The notes beneath the pieces are model-generated. The model did no database searches. It saw only the letters and a program-made list of their open reading frames with translations, and was not told the DNA's origin. Of a DNA stretch of 64,000 bases, positions 22,880 to 35,597 are shown one piece after another. The position numbers and the translations under genes are program-made. This stretch comes from Rhizodiscina lignyota. Taxonomy: Eukaryota. The first letter of the stretch is position 1, and every line of letters begins with the position of its first letter. Where the stretch lies: assembly GCA_010015805.1 (NCBI GenBank), contig ML978122.1, positions 372,001 through 436,000 on the forward strand, given 5' to 3'.

Positions 22880-23143
22880 TTTCACGGTGCACGGTAAGAT
22901 TGATAGAAGTCATGGTAAGAGATGAAAATATTCTATTTGGAAGTTTCCTATATCAGCAAATTGTTGACGCTAAATGACGTCGTGTCCAGACCCTTGAACT
23001 CCCAGAACCCTAACCCTGAAGTATCGTACCTTATATGAAAGAGTACATTTACAAGTGAAATCAAGATCCAAATCAAGTGTCGCGAGAAAGACGCCATTCA
23101 AACTCCTGAAAAGACAATAGAGCGCTTTGAGGTCCTTAGTCCT

Positions 23144-24544
23144 TTAAAGGCCTCCCATGCGACCCTCAAGATCACTCATCTCCTGGATATTCTCTTCCAG
23201 TTCCCCAAGAATCTGAAACAACTCAGTTGCCTTTGCCTGAACGGCTTCTCTAGCGCGCTCCGGTACTGCGGCGAACTTGTCTGGGTGAAACTTTAGCTTC
23301 TCCTTCTTCAGTGCCTTCAAGATCTCTCCGAATCCCCCTGCTGTTCGGAACAAGCGCTTAAGGTCGTGCCTGCAAGCCTTCAGCTTACGGTTACCACGAT
23401 CGTCCTGGCAGAGGCGGCAATTTGTTGAAGGGGGCTCCGGGAATGTCAAGGCGGTTAGAGTAGCCTTGGAAGCAAGTCTCTGTGAGGCATGAGAAGACCA
23501 CTCGGCATAGGTCATGTTGAGCGGCTGTTCGGGCTCACGAGGCATGCGCCCGGCGCCGGGACGCGAATGAGGAGAAGCGCGGCCACGAGGAAGGTGATCC
23601 CAAGAATCGGGGCCATAACCGGGAAGATCCCAAGGTTCATCGTTGCCAGCGCCTGGAAAGCGAGGCGCTCTGTGCTCGAAGTTCGCGTTGCGAAAATCGG
23701 GCCTACGGGAAGAGTGATATCCCGATTCATCGTGGAAGGGGCTGTAGCCTGTACCATGTGACGATGAGCGAGAGCGTGACTCAGAACGATGGTGTGAACG
23801 TCTACTAGAATGACCGTGACCATGACCAGGCTCACGATATTCATAGTTCGCGTTACGGGAAGAGGGTTGAGGGCGCGAATGAGAAGAGCTGTGTGATTTA
23901 CCTTCCCTGTGAGGTCGAGCCCGACGAGGCTCGCTGTCCTCAGAGTCGGAGTCCTCATACGAAGGACGGGATCGAGGGTCACGGGAATATGATCGGGGTT
24001 GGGGACGCGGGGAAGAGCGAGTGCTCGAATGAGAGTGTGAGTGTGAACTAGAAGAGCTGCGCGACGTACCTTCAGTGTAGCGTTGAGAAGGCTCACGGTA
24101 CTCGAACTCAGCATCGTCATACGCAGGATGAGCCTGAGTATTGCGGCGTTGTCCATATCCTCCAGACAAATCGTCGGCTGTATAGCCGTGATCCAGATCG
24201 GCGAACAGACCACGGTCATGGGGGTACTCTTGCGCATCTGGCCGCCAGTTGGTTCGTCGGCCCCCATTTATGAGGGGATCTGAGTCTGAATATCGAGGTG
24301 CACCGGATCCAGAGCGAGAGGGATACTCGGAGGCGCCATAAGGAGTGCGACGCTCCGTGTTGTATGGCGCACGGTACTCTGTATCGTAATCTTCTCCATA
24401 TGGAGAGCCGCCAGCAAATCCGGGTTGAGAAGGATATCCCCGACCGGAATGTCCTCGATCGCCCATAGCTGGGAAGTCATCCTCGAAATCGTCGAAATGG
24501 CCAGCGCGTTCGAAGCTGCCTCGTCTGCGACGGAAGAAGGACAT
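23144..24544 (-). CDS. Ser/Arg/His-rich low-complexity protein with a C-terminal J-domain-like HPD helical module
   Basis: 466-aa ORF; C-terminus LKKEKLKFHPDKFAAVPERAREAVQAKATELFQIL, preceded by CxxC...C-x-H. Confidence 0.8.
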   Translation of the reverse strand: MSFFRRRRGSFERAGHFDDFEDDFPAMGDRGHSGRGYPSQPGFAGGSPYGEDYDTEYRAPYNTERRTPYGASEYPSRSGSGAPRYSDSDPLINGGRRTNWRPDAQEYPHDRGLFADLDHGYTADDLSGGYGQRRNTQAHPAYDDAEFEYREPSQRYTEGTSRSSSSSHSHSHSSTRSSPRPQPRSYSRDPRSRPSYEDSDSEDSEPRRARPHREGKSHSSSHSRPQPSSRNANYEYREPGHGHGHSSRRSHHRSESRSRSSSHGTGYSPFHDESGYHSSRRPDFRNANFEHRAPRFPGAGNDEPWDLPGYGPDSWDHLPRGRASPHSRPGAGRMPREPEQPLNMTYAEWSSHASQRLASKATLTALTFPEPPSTNCRLCQDDRGNRKLKACRHDLKRLFRTAGGFGEILKALKKEKLKFHPDKFAAVPERAREAVQAKATELFQILGELEENIQEMSDLEGRMGGL

Positions 24545-24936
24545 GGTGGCTGTTGTTGACTGAGAGTTATTCCAAGCGCAGGACTGTTAAATAGGACCTG
24601 CTGTGTGGTTTAGGGGATACGATGGTGTTGAAATGAATTGAATTATATGCACCGTGCAACGTGAAGATATAGGTTGATCGAGTCGTGAAAGTTTGATGTG
24701 ACAAGGGATTATGTTTCGGTTGACCTCTTTGTTGTACACTTCTTTGTATTGTTTAAGTTAGAATCTTAGCAACAAGACCAATATTAGCCACACGATGAAC
24801 TTGTAGGAAAGTTGACAATGGTGCGGTATGACAAAGAAATGCGACTCGGTGCCTCCGCAAGGATCAGACAAACCGCGATGCATGGTCCGAATTGCTGGGG
24901 AATTTAGATTTCAGCTTCTAAAAAAGTATATCATTT

Positions 24937-26706
24937 TCATTGGAAGCTCCCAATGATATTTAATCTCAAGTGCATTCCATTTGCGGGCTTCGTCGTGATG
25001 ACTCCAGTACAAATGACGTCCTCGTTGGGGTCGGCCATCTCCCATTCGAACACGCTTGTGAATGTAGCAACTAAGCAGCGCAGCTCTGTTTTGGCGAAGT
25101 TCTGGCCAATACATGACCGTGGCCCGTGAAGGAAAGTTAGAAGGCTGTAGTTGCTCTCCGCGCCCCCGTTATTGTTGGGTTTCCCATCTTCGCTTACCCA
25201 TCGCTCAGGTTTGAACTTGTCTGCGTCCTCGCCCCACAAATGTGGATTTCGGTTAACCGCCCACGGAGAGAGAATCAGCTGGGTCCCGACTGGAACTTGC
25301 TGATCTAACAGAGTTGTGTCTGTCATTGCGTCGCGGATAGTTATGGGGACAGTGGGATATAGGCGAAGGGTCTCGTTACAGACAGCATTCAGTATCGGAA
25401 GAGACTCTAGTATGCTCGAGAGCTCGTCGGCCGACTGAGGTGGTCTATCGTGTGCAATATTCGCCTGGATCTCCTCCCGCAGTTTTGTCTGCCATAGTGG
25501 ATTCTTGGCAAGAAGGTAGGTCGTCCATGTAAATGCAGAAGAGGTTGTTTCGTGCCTGTCAAGCATCAGCTGCAGAATCAAATTAACACTGTTACGGAAG
25601 GCCTACCCTGCAGCTAAGAAAGTGAGCATTTGATCGACTAGCTGGATGTCGTCAAAGTTGTCTGATTTGATGAGTACTGAGAGGATGTCCAGGTGCTCCT
25701 CTGCCGCTGCTTTGATAGCCTCTCTTTTCTCTTGTACTAACTGCATGCAGATCCGACGAAGCGTGTTTGTTGTGGCAGTAATTCGTTCATTGATCTTCCA
25801 TGGAAGCCGATTCACTAAAGTCTGCGGTCCGGCGACTTGGCTTGCAAAGTAGATGAGTTTCTCTGTTGTCGGCTCCAGGATCTCCTCATATGTCTTGATG
25901 AGCTCGTCATCATCGTTTTTCAGTGCGTTGAACTCCCTTCCCATAGCAGCAATCCCGATGATATCCATCGTGACTTTGTTGGCCCAATGATTGACTTCCA
26001 GGGCACCTGAGACATTTTCGCTGTCATTAGCATCGGAAATGCTACCAGCTTGTTCTCGGATCTCAGCAGCCATGCCTTGCGTGAGAGCGACTGCTTTCTT
26101 CCACATCATTGGATAAAGCTCTTTGAGGTGCCTGAAGCTGAAAACTGGCATGACATTCTTCCTCTGAAATTTATGGACATCGCCTTCAGCAATGATCAAG
26201 CCATCGCCAAGCACGCGACGTAGGAAACTTCGTCCCTTTGCAGGCTTCTCAAAGTCGTACGGATGGGTGACAAGAATTTCCGCGAGCGCTTTAGGATTCG
26301 TGACGAGCAGCCGATCCTGGTTAAAGAAGCCTCGGAAATGGATGATGCCGTCGTTCGGTACCTCTGTGACCCACCGCAGAAAGTCTCTTCCAGGCGGTCG
26401 ATTGAAGACGGCTAGTCCATGTCCGAGAAGTGGTAACGCGCCCTTCAACTGTCAGCTATTGAGTTGCCTCAGAAAGTATCTTGAGCGTACCTTTGGTCTT
26501 GGTAAATGCCGCAGAGGACTGAGGAGCCGAGGCCATATTTCAACAAGGTATATTATATACAAGAGAACATTAAGTGCAATCAAGCGAATGAGAGTCCACA
26601 AGAAAGCATTTCGCAGAAGACGTTCAGAAATGAAGGTAACCGCTGCGAATGACTCTAAAGCAGAGACTAGGACGATCGTAGGTACAACAGGTAGCCTTGA
26701 GGCCAT
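24937..26706 (-). CDS. Cytochrome P450; 3 exons
   Basis: N-terminal TM segment and PLRHLPRP; I-helix FLAAG|HETT; K-helix ETLR; PERW; heme motif FLHGPRSCIG. Confidence 0.96.
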
Positions 26707-27197
26707 ATTTAAAAGATAGAGGAGACGGTGATCAAGATTGAAAGAAGATGAAATGGGTATATTGTCTTAGATGGCGATCGATGGTGGGCTATTGCTCTTC
26801 AGGTTTGTTTGCAGCGTCTCATTGTATACCAAATCACAAAGCCATGTGATAGATTGTATTCAAGAAGCCCATTAAACCTCGACCGCGAAACTTTACACCC
26901 CAACGCAGGTTTCTGGGATAACCCCCTCCGAAAATGGACGGTTGTGACGCTGTTTTGTGAGGGCCTTTTCCCGCTGTGCCAAGGCGTCTTAGCGCGCCGT
27001 TTCTGACAAGGTTCAACTTCTACGTAAGATACATAGGGCCTTGGGCCCAACCACACTGCAAGCCAGGTGAAGCACGAATCTCTTCGAAGAGACATCTAGA
27101 ATTTCATCCTACAACCGAACCACACCCCAAACGCCTCCAATATTTGCCTGAAGATCGTGAAGCAGTAAACGGATCGCACATTCCTATCCGCTAATAA

Positions 27198-28185
27198 CTA
27201 CATTTCACGTGGTCTCTCTACTGTTTCTAGTTCGTGCGGTGACATATCCTGTAGAGCAACTGGTAACTCGCTCATACCACCCTCTTGGTTGTATGCACCG
27301 TGCTCGTCGCGATACGCAGTTCCTGGTCCCCCGCGCGTGTAGAGTCCTTCAATATGTTGCTGGAGCTGACGATGTTTCTTAGCTTGTCGCACGAAGAGGT
27401 ATGCAACCAGCGCAATAAGTATGACTACAACGATAACCCCAACAGCGATTCCTGCTTTTGCCCCACCAGAGAGTGAGCTGTGCGATGCTGGCGCTGAGAC
27501 CTGCGGGCTGGAAGATGTACTCGTCGATGATTTGCTTGCCGATGTACTCGTCGATGTTGTCCTTTCCGATGATGACGCTGATAGCAGAGAACTCGACGAG
27601 GCAATGGACAATGCCGTGGTAAATGCAGCACCTTTGGCACCACCGATTGTGGTAATGTTTTCAATCGGGCCCAAGGTGAAAGTTACATTACTTTTACACG
27701 ATGGCTCTCCCTCTGCGGGCCTACAATCTCGTAGTCAGCCGTCGCACAATGTACTAGCCTCATAATCTACTTACGTGCACTCATACTCATCATCTCCGCA
27801 ATTCCATACCGACTGTGCACCGCGATCGAGATAAGATCCTACGTACACCGCCAAATCAGTCACAGCTCTGAACATTCAGCGATCTACATCACCCACCACC
27901 TCTACAGTACGAAGGGCATGCTGGAGAATTCCAACTTTGGTCCGTGCATGTTCCTCGCTGCAGTGTCGAAAAATTGCCCGCGAGATCTGCGAACGGAGAG
28001 ACACAGAGAAGATTCGTAGTGCAAATCCATCCAGTTCCGCAACAGAAGGATACGTCTGCATCTGGGAAGCATGGCAAATTGTTGCCGAGCGTACCATTCG
28101 GCCCGTAGCACGGCTTTTGCGCAGCACAACCCGTACACACGACGAGAAGCGCAACAAGAGCCGCGAAATCGAATGTCGCCTTCAT
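27198..28185 (-). CDS. Secreted single-pass membrane protein (Cys-rich N-domain, Ser/Thr stalk, TM, cytoplasmic ELP motifs); Mid2/SKG6-like sensor
   Basis: Signal MKATFDFAALVALLVVCTGCAA; CYGPNG...CC...C...C...RGTCTDQSWNSPACPSYC; LSGGAKAGIAVGVIVVVILIALVAYLF. Confidence 0.85.
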
Positions 28186-28829
28186 TGCGTATACCTTCAC
28201 TGTGATGTAAGGAATACGGTGTACCAGCCACTCGTCATATCTTATCGTGTTTCCCCTCTCCAAGGCTGTGCAGCAGCCTTACATTATAGGGGTGCAAAGG
28301 ATTGACGTGCAGGCACACAACAACGCCACAATCCAATCGAATGCCGTGAAAACCTGCGACATGCAAATCCAATACTATATGCCGCATACCAATACGAGGC
28401 GCCATCATCTTTTAATAGTCTACAATGCTTATAACATTGCAAGGCTTCCCGCTCTCTTCCTTCAATCCGCGCTGTTGAGCTGCTTCGTGACGCATTCCGT
28501 CACACGGGAAGTTTGGGAAGACGTGAAACGCAAGGCTGTCGCACTTTTGGGACTCTGCTCGCCATTCGCTGCCAGGCTGAGCCAAGCAGGCGAGGCCAGC
28601 TGCGCCACATTTTGCATTCGACATGCTACCTGAGCTATGCATGTACATTACCTTACCTAAACTGAGTATTGAACTGAAGAGCAAGCACTTGGAAGAGGTT
28701 GAAATAAACTCTCAAGAGAAAAGTCCCCTTTAGACCCGCCCCCGGCATCTTCCGCTACTATCTCCGAACGTCCCAAAGTCGTGGCTCTTGTTAGCAGAAA
28801 ATTTGATATCAGCGCTATATAATGCTGGA

Positions 28830-30545
28830 ATGTCCCTTTGGCGAAGAGTTGGGCGGCGAGCTTCCACCGTATCCTTTCAATGTCGGCGATATAGCAGGCC
28901 GGTGAAGATGGAACGAAACTATGCAGTAAGTAATGAAAATCTTGTCATCGGAGTCTCTCACTCACTATAAGCTAGGCTGCTATAGCGGCGCTGAATACGC
29001 TGCAAACAAACTTTGTAATTATAGACGCGCTGCGGAAGGCGGGGATGTGGAAAAATGCCCAGGCCATTCCTGAGATGATTGAATGGTGTCAGAAGATTGG
29101 ATATCAGGTGTGCGGTGACCCTTGCTGCTACAATTTTGTTTTGCTCTATACAGTGGCGATCGCCTTTCTAATCCGTTCAGCAGCCTTCCGAATTCGACAA
29201 GATCAAACCCCTGCATATAGCCGGAACAAAAGGAAAAGGCTCAACAAGCGCCTTCATATCATCTATACTCGCACAGTACCAAACCGATGGGGCACCACGT
29301 CTCCAGAAAATTGGGCTTTATACCTCACCACATCTCCGCTTCGTCAGGGAGCGTATCCAAATCAACAATGTGATGCTATCGGAGGCGCTATTTACGAAAT
29401 ACTTCTTCGAAGTCTGGGATCGTCTTGAGTCAGCAGCCACGGCCTCTGGCATTGCCGCAAATGATCCTGTCGCAAAGCCTATCTACTTCCGCTTCCTGAC
29501 ATTAATGGCATTTCACGTTTTCTTGTCCGAAGGCGTCGACACTGCAGTCATTGAGTGCGGCATCGGCGGCGAGTATGATAGCACTAACGTCATCGTATCA
29601 CCACTGGTGACCTCGATCACAAGTCTTGGAATTGACCATGTTGGTGTGCTCGGGAATACGCTGTCGGAGATTGCGTGGCATAAAGCAGGAATCTTCAAGC
29701 CCGGTATACCAGCGTTCACGGTCCCACAGCCACCCGATGCAATGGAAGTATTAGAGAAAAGGGCATCCGAAAAGGGCACGACGCTCACGGTAGTGGAACG
29801 ACATCCAGAGATCGACAGCATAAAGCTTGGCCTCGCAGCAGATTTTCAGAAATCGAACGCCAGCCTTGCTGTAGCGACAGCAGCTGCCAGTCTCCGAGCA
29901 CTAGGACGCACCGACGTTCCCGAGCCGGCCGATATCATTCGAGGACACCTTCCGGAACCATTCCGCCGCGGTCTTGAACAGGTCCACTGGCCCGGTCGAT
30001 GCGAAGTCCGGCGCGAGAGCTCTCCAAGGATTGCGTGGTGCATTGACGGCGCACACACCCTTGACAGTATCGAAGTTGCAGGCCGCTGGTTCGCAGAGGA
30101 GATCGCTGCGTCTGGAGTATCGCGATCAACACCACGAATACTGCTTTTTAATCAACAGAAGCGCGACGCCTCTTCTCTAGCCGAATCTCTCCATGCGGTT
30201 CTCTCCTCTGCCCTAGGCTCAGGTTCGCCTTTCACTCATGTGGTATTTTGCACTAATATTACATTCAAGGACGCCGGTTACCGTCCTGACCTTGTCAGCA
30301 TTAATACAAATTCTGTGGATGTTGAAGCGCTCAGCGTGCAACGAGCTCTCGCGGAGACCTGGAAGCACTTGGACGACAAGACGGAAGTAGCTGTGCAAGG
30401 GACCGTGGAGGAGGCAGTGGCTTGGTGTAGAAATATTGCTCGAGCAGCAGGAGACGGAAACGACGAGGAATGTATGGTCTTAGTTACCGGAAGTTTGCAC
30501 TTGGTTGGAGGATTCATTGAGGTCCTAGAATCCGAGAGGATCTGA
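28830..30545 (+). CDS. MET7: Folylpolyglutamate synthase; spliced
   Basis: MERNY..AIAALNTLQTNF; HIAGTKGKGSTSAF; GLYTSPHLRFVRERI; ECGIGGEYDSTN; SLGIDH; WHKAGI; WPGRC; DGAHT; VTGSLHLVGG. Confidence 0.96.
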
Positions 30546-31985
30546 TAGCAGACAGGACTGGGGTACAATGACGATAAAGTAGAGATACATTGGCTGTGAT
30601 ACCTTAGAGTTTTGTGCCTCAACGCACGTCGATAGTACATCGAATCGACACTTTCCAAGGATGATGGTCTTTCAACGCCTGTCCAAACGCCATCATTCCC
30701 ATCATGCGCTTCAAGTTCATTATAAACATGTCCACCCCGCTCTGATCACTCCGTGATAAGTCGTGCCGCAGCTTTTGGCTAGGCAATCGCCGCATCGGGA
30801 GAGCTCCCACTCGTATGCTGGGACGGACTCATCTCTTCCTCTCGAAGTATGAGCTCGTGCTCATGAGTGCTACGCTCCGGTCCATTACGACCTCGCCAAC
30901 CCATAGATAGTTATCGATCCATTTCCTTAACTCGGTCGATTCTGAGAGGCCATCTGATCGGAGGCTGGGGCTATGTCCCAAAAGGCGGACAATCGTCAGT
31001 TACGCGTAAAACTTCGCTTTATATCGTACATAGTAGGGAAGGGTGGGAAGAGGCATGAGTTGATTTGTTCACGCAAGGAACTCATTGAGAACATACGTGA
31101 GGCCCGTTGATCGTTTGACGCCGGCGAGAAACGCAGAGACTGTGAGCATGATTAGTCCTTTTCAAGTCGCGTAGAAATAGTGTGGCAGCTGGAGTACCTA
31201 ATACAGCATCAAATGCAATATGTGCTATTCTTCCGAGCTGTTCAGGTCAGACGACGTCCGTTTGAGTTACGATTCGGCAAGATGCGGAGACATACAACCA
31301 TGTCTGGAGAGTGTGAGAGGCGTTGACGTGGAAAGCGATATGTCGGTGATGAGGATGGCTTCTCGAAAGTAAGCACAAACTCGAATTGGGTAGCGTATTG
31401 TAGTTTCCGGGTATCTTGTTGGGTATCTTTGTTGTCTCGTAGCTGGCTCTCCAAACGATCAGGTTACCTTCGGCCTCCGCCGCGGTGGAGGGCTGCACGT
31501 GAACGAACGGCTGGACCAACGATTCTCCGACTCTCGCGGACACGCTGACATAATACGCGGTCCGGTCCTTCGATAAGAAAGAGAGACGGCGACGATGCGC
31601 TCTGATTGGCCAATACTGTGTTGAACCAGCGCTGGGTGGTAGGGGAGCTCAGGGCGTGTCCCGCGTTGCAGCTCGATAGCTCAGCAATTTTCTTTTGACG
31701 CACCCCTCCTCCTCCATCCAGGTGACGTCGCAGGGGCTTTCATGCGTCTGAAAATTTCCCTCAATTGCTGATTCACCGCTCAGCTATATTTCTGGCTGAA
31801 ATCACAAAGGCTGAACGCGAGACACTACTTGACGGAGCTCCCCCTAGCTTTCGCCGTAGGAGCATTGGAGACCCGCTGACGGAGCCGCGCAACGGTCAAC
31901 ACCAAAAAAAAGTCCCAGCCCTTCCGCTCGCACATTTCTTCCTTCACACCGCACAAACACTCCTCGAGCAAAACTCGTAGACATC

Positions 31986-33770
31986 ATGGCGAACGCATTG
32001 GATCATCTCAATGCAGGGAGGACGAGGATGGAGTGGTTGGCGCAGCTCAATACTGAGTATACGCCTTCCAAGAATTACCGTCGGACTTCAATCATTTGCA
32101 CAATTGGTGGGTCACTGCAAGCTCGATGAGAATCGAGAAGCTTCACCCCCGTGTTTGCGAAATTGTGATGTGAAATAGGTCCAAAGACGAACTCCGTCGA
32201 GAAGATCAACATGCTGCGCAAGGCCGGCCTCAACATCGTCCGGATGAACTTCTCCCACGGCTCCTACGAGTACCACCAGTCTGTCATCGACCATGCCAAA
32301 GAGGCCGAGAGACTGCAGGCTGGTCGTCCTCTCGCTGTCGCGTTGGACACCAAGGGCCCGGAGATCCGGACTGGCAACACAGTCAACGACGAAGATATCC
32401 CCATCGGTGCTGGCGATGAGCTCAACATCACCACAGACGACAAATATGCCACTGCTAGTGACAACAAGAACATGTGAGTTGGAAGCAGGACGGGGCAATG
32501 CTGTTTCCGGTGAATTACTGACGCACGTTCCCTAGGTACGTCGACTACAAGAACATCACCAAAGTCCTCGACAAGGGCAAGACCATCTACGTGGACGACG
32601 GTGTCCTTCAGTTCGAGGTCCTGAACGTTGTCGACGACAAGACTATCCGCGTCAAGTGCGTCAACAATGGCAAGATCTCCTCCAGGAAGGGCGTCAACCT
32701 TCCCAAGACCGATATCGACCTTCCTGCCCTGTCCGAGAAGGACCAGAATGACCTCCGATTCGGCGTCAAGAACAAGGTTGACATGGTCTTTGCGTCGTTC
32801 ATTCGCCGCGGTGAGGACATCAAGCACATTCGACGGGTTCTGGGAGAGGACGGCAAGGACATTCAGATCATCGCAAAGATCGAGAACCAGCAGGGTGTCA
32901 ACAACTTCGACGAGATTCTGAAGGAGACCGACGGCGTCATGGTTGCGCGTGGTGACTTGGGCATCGAAATCCCGCCTGCTCAGGTCTTCGTTGCTCAGAA
33001 GATGATGATCACCAAGTGCAATCTTGCGGGCAAGCCTGTCATCTGCGCGACCCAGATGCTCGAGTCGATGACGTACAACCCTCGACCGACGCGTGCGGAG
33101 GTTAGCGACGTCGGAAATGCGGTTCTGGATGGCGCAGACTGTGTCATGTTGTCTGGCGAAACTGCAAAGGGTAACTATCCCAAGGAGGCCGTCACCATCA
33201 TGCACGAGACCTGCTTGCTCGCCGAGATTGCGATCCCGTACGTCAGTGCGTTCGACGAGATGAGGAAGTTAGCACCTACTCCTGTTGACACTGTCGAGAC
33301 TTGCTGTATGGCTGCCGTCAGTGCAAGTCTGGAACAGAGTGCTGGTGCTATTCTGGTCCTCACCACTAGTGGCAAGACCGCTCGTCTCATCTCCAAGTAC
33401 CGTCCCGTCTGCCCTATCATCATGGTTTCTCGTAATGCACGCGCTTCAAGGGTAAGTTATTTACCAGCCACGGTTTTGTGACTCTCCAGACCAATTTTGC
33501 TAACGCCTCATACAGTACTCCCATCTCTACCGTGGCGTCTACCCCTTCCTCTTCGCCGAGCCAAAGCCCGACTTCACCAAGATGCCATGGCAAGAGGACG
33601 TCGACCGTCGTCTCAAGTGGGGCATCAAGAACGCCATTGACCTTGGGGTGCTGAACCAAGGCGACCCGGTGATATGCGTCCAAGGTTGGCGTGGTGGCAT
33701 GGGCCATACCAACACCTTGCGTATCGTACCGGCCTTGCCCGATCTGGGTCTGAACGAGGAAAACCCATGA
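31986..33770 (+). CDS. PYK1: Pyruvate kinase; spliced
   Basis: [68 protein letters not shown]; strong C-ending codon bias. Confidence 0.99.
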
Positions 33771-35597
33771 CTGCATGGCAAGACGATGGAGTTTGCTAGG
33801 AGTAAGGGTCGATGAGCGTTGCGTCATAAATGTAAAATGATATGGCGGAGAGCATGAAGCTGAATCATGAAAGCTTTTCTTTTCTGGCAATTGGTTTTGG
33901 GATGCGTGGTCTAGTCATGAAATGGTTCCTTAATACAAATGCACAAGTGATTGTCCATGAGAACAAAGAAAATACTGAAAGTGATTGATGATGTTAATTT
34001 ACCTGCCACGAGAGAGTTCCACGAGAGGGTTGTGGGCTCCGATGCTCGTCTGTTCCGATAACGACAAGTTAGACTGCCATTGCTGGAGCATAGCATTGAC
34101 TGTCCTGATGGCGCAGAGGAAGCTTTGAAAGCGATTCATAAATTGCATATATCTACCAAAAAGAGAACGCAGGCGTAAAGACGGGGATTGTAGTGTTCGT
34201 CTGTTCTGACGATAATAACATAGTTGAGAGTATATCGGCTGTTTTGATGAGCACAAAGGAGACACGCAAACAGTTGATAAAATTATTATGGCTGCTGAGA
34301 GAAAGGTCAAGAGTAGGAATAGGGCGTGATGTTTCTTTATTCCAGAAATTGACAACTTAGGTAGTCTTTCACAGCACATATTTCACTGCCTGAAAGGACG
34401 GTTCTATCGACAGCCATATCTGTGGCAAAGCTACTCTTCAATCTAAACAACTTGTGATTGTCTCTTACGCTTCAGGTCTTTGGAGATTCATTGTGCAATC
34501 CTCTAGCCAAACCGGGATGGTTGTATTGTCATTTCGCCCATCACGTCCGTGCCATGAGACATTGCCACATTCTGCGAGGAACTCTTCATCTGAAAAGACT
34601 CCACTTGATACTTGTAATCATAAAACCTACAGTATATCTTGACCTAATCGAGGGATGCCTTGCGTATTGTAGGAGGGAATTGGTTCGGGGTCAATCGTCT
34701 CGAGACTCGTTCGCCATGGTACAAGGAGGAGAGGTCCAAGGGCGGCGTACAGGACACAGAGCGTAATCCTAGCAGAAATGTCCAATTTATTTCGTGCGAG
34801 AAGGAAGTTGGGTCGGTAGTTGGCCCTTATGTGGTAGTATGAGGTCGCCGAGGTCGGCTTGAAGCTGGTGAGAGCTGGGAATGGCTCCTCCGCTTCATCT
34901 TCTGTCTTCGCCCCCACCAGATCTCCTTGACATTATAGTGGATCAGAGGAGCTACTAGTAATCGACATGATGCGAAGATGTGAGAGTGAAGATGGCGTGG
35001 AATGCCGAACGGTTTTCATTAGCGTTCTCACATGGCGGAATCGGCCAAAATCCTCAGCCGGCCAGAGCAGCTGGAATGAATTTCCATACCATGCCGTCTG
35101 GAGAAGATCGGACGATCAAGACTAAGGGACCACAACAACGCCGGCATCGACACTACGCAGTCCGAGAGGCCACTATTTCCAGCACCTGCAGGTGCTCTCT
35201 GTGCCCTAGTGCCCGCCGAAGGTGATGGCGCGATACGTTGGCCCTATCTGGAGCTGCACTTTCGAGCGTGGAGCCTGAGATGCCGCGGTTCTTGTTTTGA
35301 GGAATGAATCGCCCCAGCCCAGAGAACAAGGCTTCAGAGCAAGAGGGCAAATCCTTTCATGACGGCGGATTACTCTAGACATTATTGCTCTTCCGTCAAT
35401 CTCTTGTAAGCTCAAGGGCCCTTCAGGAGATCGATCGCATCATACATGCTCTTCTCCGCTCCCGCAGGGGTCAGCACGGAGCAGCCGAGATGAGCTACGA
35501 GCTTCTGCAAAGTACCTAAGAGTACCAGACAGCTGCACTTTCACCGTGCACTTCTGTCAGTCTCGGGCTGAGAGTACTTGCACCTCGCTTGTTCACA

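Noticed and set aside
23006..23017. Telomere-like AACCCTAACCCT
   Set aside because: Only about two units; expected by chance.
33768..33814. Stop-codon readthrough of pyruvate kinase giving a cryptic PTS1
   Set aside because: Context is TGA CTG rather than TGA CTA, and the extension LHGKTMEFARSKGR does not end in a PTS1.
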